NCBI GenBank assembly: GCA_964187785.1
Contig: OZ076410.1
Span: 38,626,001-38,690,000 of the forward strand
DNA from: Amphiscolops sp. MND2022
Lineage: Eukaryota
Reading direction: 5' to 3'
DNA length: 64,000 nucleotides
The notes beneath the pieces were generated by a model. That model searched no databases. It was given only the letters and a program-made list of their open reading frames with translations, and had not been told where the DNA came from. The first letter of the stretch is position 1. Each line of letters begins with the position of its first letter. Positions 61,765-64,000 of the stretch are shown here, in pieces. A program made the translations under genes and the position numbers.

Positions 61765-64000
61765 TGTCAGAACGGGTCACGTTCGAGTTGTTAACGGTGT
61801 TAAGTCCGTTACATTCACTAGTAGATGATGAGATCTTCTCGGTTAAGGCCATCACAATGCTCGTTAAGTCGCTAATTTGCCTATTCATTTCCATGAAACG
61901 TTGGTCGACTGAACTCGAGTTAGGATTTTGTCTACTGTTGATAATATCTCCACTATCAAACTCATTCATCTGGTTTCTCGACAAGACTTCCGGAAAGCTG
62001 TTCTCACTTTCGTTATCACCGTTTTGTTCCATTCTACTGGAACTTGCTACATAACTGTCTACGTGCTGTGATCTCGTATTAACCATACTCTGTTCTTTAT
62101 TAAGACTTTTGAGTTTTTAAGTTTATTGTTTAAATTGAAGGAAAAGAATTACAAGTTTGTATGTTAACGATGTAAGCAACACTACGTTAGCTGAAGGTAA
62201 ATTGTACTGAAGGTATTTCAACACTTGTTACTTTCTGCACAATGCTGGTCACGCGTCTATGTCACGTGAATGTTTTGACCAATGATATTGCTCTATTGAT
62301 TAGGTGATAATTGGTGCGTCCTGCTGGTCGCAACGCAAATGGTCTTTTGTAGGAAATATAGCACCAATATGTTTCTATGGTTACGTGAGTCATCTATCAT
62401 CTTGTTAAACCGATACAACTTTAAGATGATGGCGACATATCATCATTGCACGTAATTCTTCAGGTTACTGGTAAAGCTAAATATGGTGGAAGCACTTGTA
62501 CACTGAGTATAAATATGATGAATGCACTTGTACGTAGAGTATAATGATTAAATGATGCTAACTTTTATACGTTAACTACACGTTGGGAAAAGAATTGATG
62601 ATGATGGGATAAGCCCGTCATTGTTCAGTAGTAATTCATGGTTATTGAAATATCAGACATATTGCATTTAACTGAGTTGTTTAATGTTTAGAATGTTTTT
62701 TATCAGTTTCATTGTTGTATTCTTTCTGTATCAACCACTGTCTAAACTTGATGTAGTGGTATTGACAACGTTGTCTCTCGATTTAGTTAATGCTTCCGGC
62801 ATGACACTCCCCCTCTTTAAAAGAAAGAATGAATTGCAGGGGTATTCGGGGGGCTGGTAGGGGAGTGGTGTGGTCAATGTAACAGCGTCGATTATGCTGC
62901 AATTGGTATCTGTTTAACGGCGTGAAGAAACACTTCGACAGACGTGGTGATATCAACTGCATTGGTATTGTTCATTCGGTTCAGTGCTGTAACGACAGTG
63001 CTATTCCGTTCTGTAGTGGCAAGCGAGAAGGAACAAATGTGTTCGTGTACTCGGATATCCGCTTCGGTTGAGAGTAAATAGTCGAGTGATGTGGTGATGA
63101 TGGCCACCTCATCCATTCGTGCGCATTGAAGGGAGAGTATTAGTAGGTAATGTAACGGGAAATGAATGAAACGTGGCAGCGTAATCAATCACTCGAGTGA
63201 TCAATGTGGTAGTTCGTGAGTAATCGCGGCTTCGTGCACTAAACAAATTTCTTCTTCGTCGCTGCCAAATACGAGGTTGAAGCACTGACAGTTTAGTTTA
63301 CTGTTATCGTTAGCGTCGATTGGTTGAATGTTTGTATTTTGCAGTCTACCGGGTGGAAACATTGGCATTGATTAAGTCAAGAAAATTTCATGTAAATATC
63401 TAGTTTTAGGGTGTTCAGCTCAACTGTGTGATTTACTATCTGATCGTAATTAATCAGTACTTTGATTGTGAAAACTAGTTGGCGTTCATGTAAGCGGCTT
63501 TTTTCCTCTTGTTTAGGACAATCAGGGCATTGTACAGTAAAATGCAATCTTTTAGAATCGAACTGCGTTGTTCTTTGGAGGTTGTGGTGTAGTAAATTGG
63601 AACTTCGGGCCACTCTGTCTGAGTCCCTTTGAGTTTGATATTATCTTCGGAATTAAATAACGTGGTTGATCAAGTCACGTCATCCATCGGTGAAGATGTT
63701 GAGGCCTGGTAGATCGCATTTTGTATTGTCACAGATTGAATTCTTTGTATTTTACTTTACTTTGCCGTGTGTATTGTCGTGGAAGTTGTATCTTCAATGG
63801 AGTCAGCTGAGGAAGATGTATCCACTGTCGTGTTGGCTGCTGAAGGTGTTTTGGTCGATTTTGCAAACTTGAGTCATTCATCTGGAGAGCAGGGCTTACA
63901 GGCGTCAGCTGAGGAGATGCTAGCAAGAGAGCCGGAATCCGTGTGTTGTCAGTTCGCTCAACGTCTAAATGCTGCCAACATTGAAACTGCTACCTCCCTG
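61765..64000 (-). mobile_element. 3' end of another LTR retrotransposon: 3' LTR 61765-62806 (1042 bp), PPT 62807-62818, decayed internal sequence to the window end
   Basis: AAAGAGGGGGAG followed by TGTCATG on the minus strand; LTR ends GTTCTGACA; contains gag-like N-terminus MVNTRSQ...VTRSD; 5' part lies outside the window. Confidence 0.7.

Overview
Repeat-dense, AT-rich eukaryotic DNA with spliceosomal introns. The repeat families resemble those of acoel worms, but that host guess is unverified. There are no rRNA, tRNA or CRISPR features. Two complete, mutually divergent giant Ty3/Gypsy LTR retrotransposons dominate the window: element A (9381-25527, minus, TSD GAGAG) and element B (44570-60744, plus, TSD GCTAT), each about 16.1-16.2 kb. 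Both share an unusual four-gene plan. (1) gag starts inside the 5' LTR and reads through the primer-binding site. (2) pol is reached by a predicted -1 frameshift. (3) An antisense five-exon gene of about 1300 codons has four introns conserved in position and phase; its product has a C-x2-C-x16-H-x5-H finger and looks like a catalytically dead hAT-type transposase. (4) A 274-aa sense ORF runs through the polypurine tract into the 3' LTR. Two solo LTRs of related subfamilies, a decayed short-LTR Gypsy (C), a decayed Gypsy with a PolB fragment (D), the 3' end of a further Gypsy at the right edge, Helentron/DINE-like non-autonomous elements, a CACTA-like MITE and one three-exon host serine-protease-homolog gene complete the window. 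All coordinates and comparisons were made by eye.
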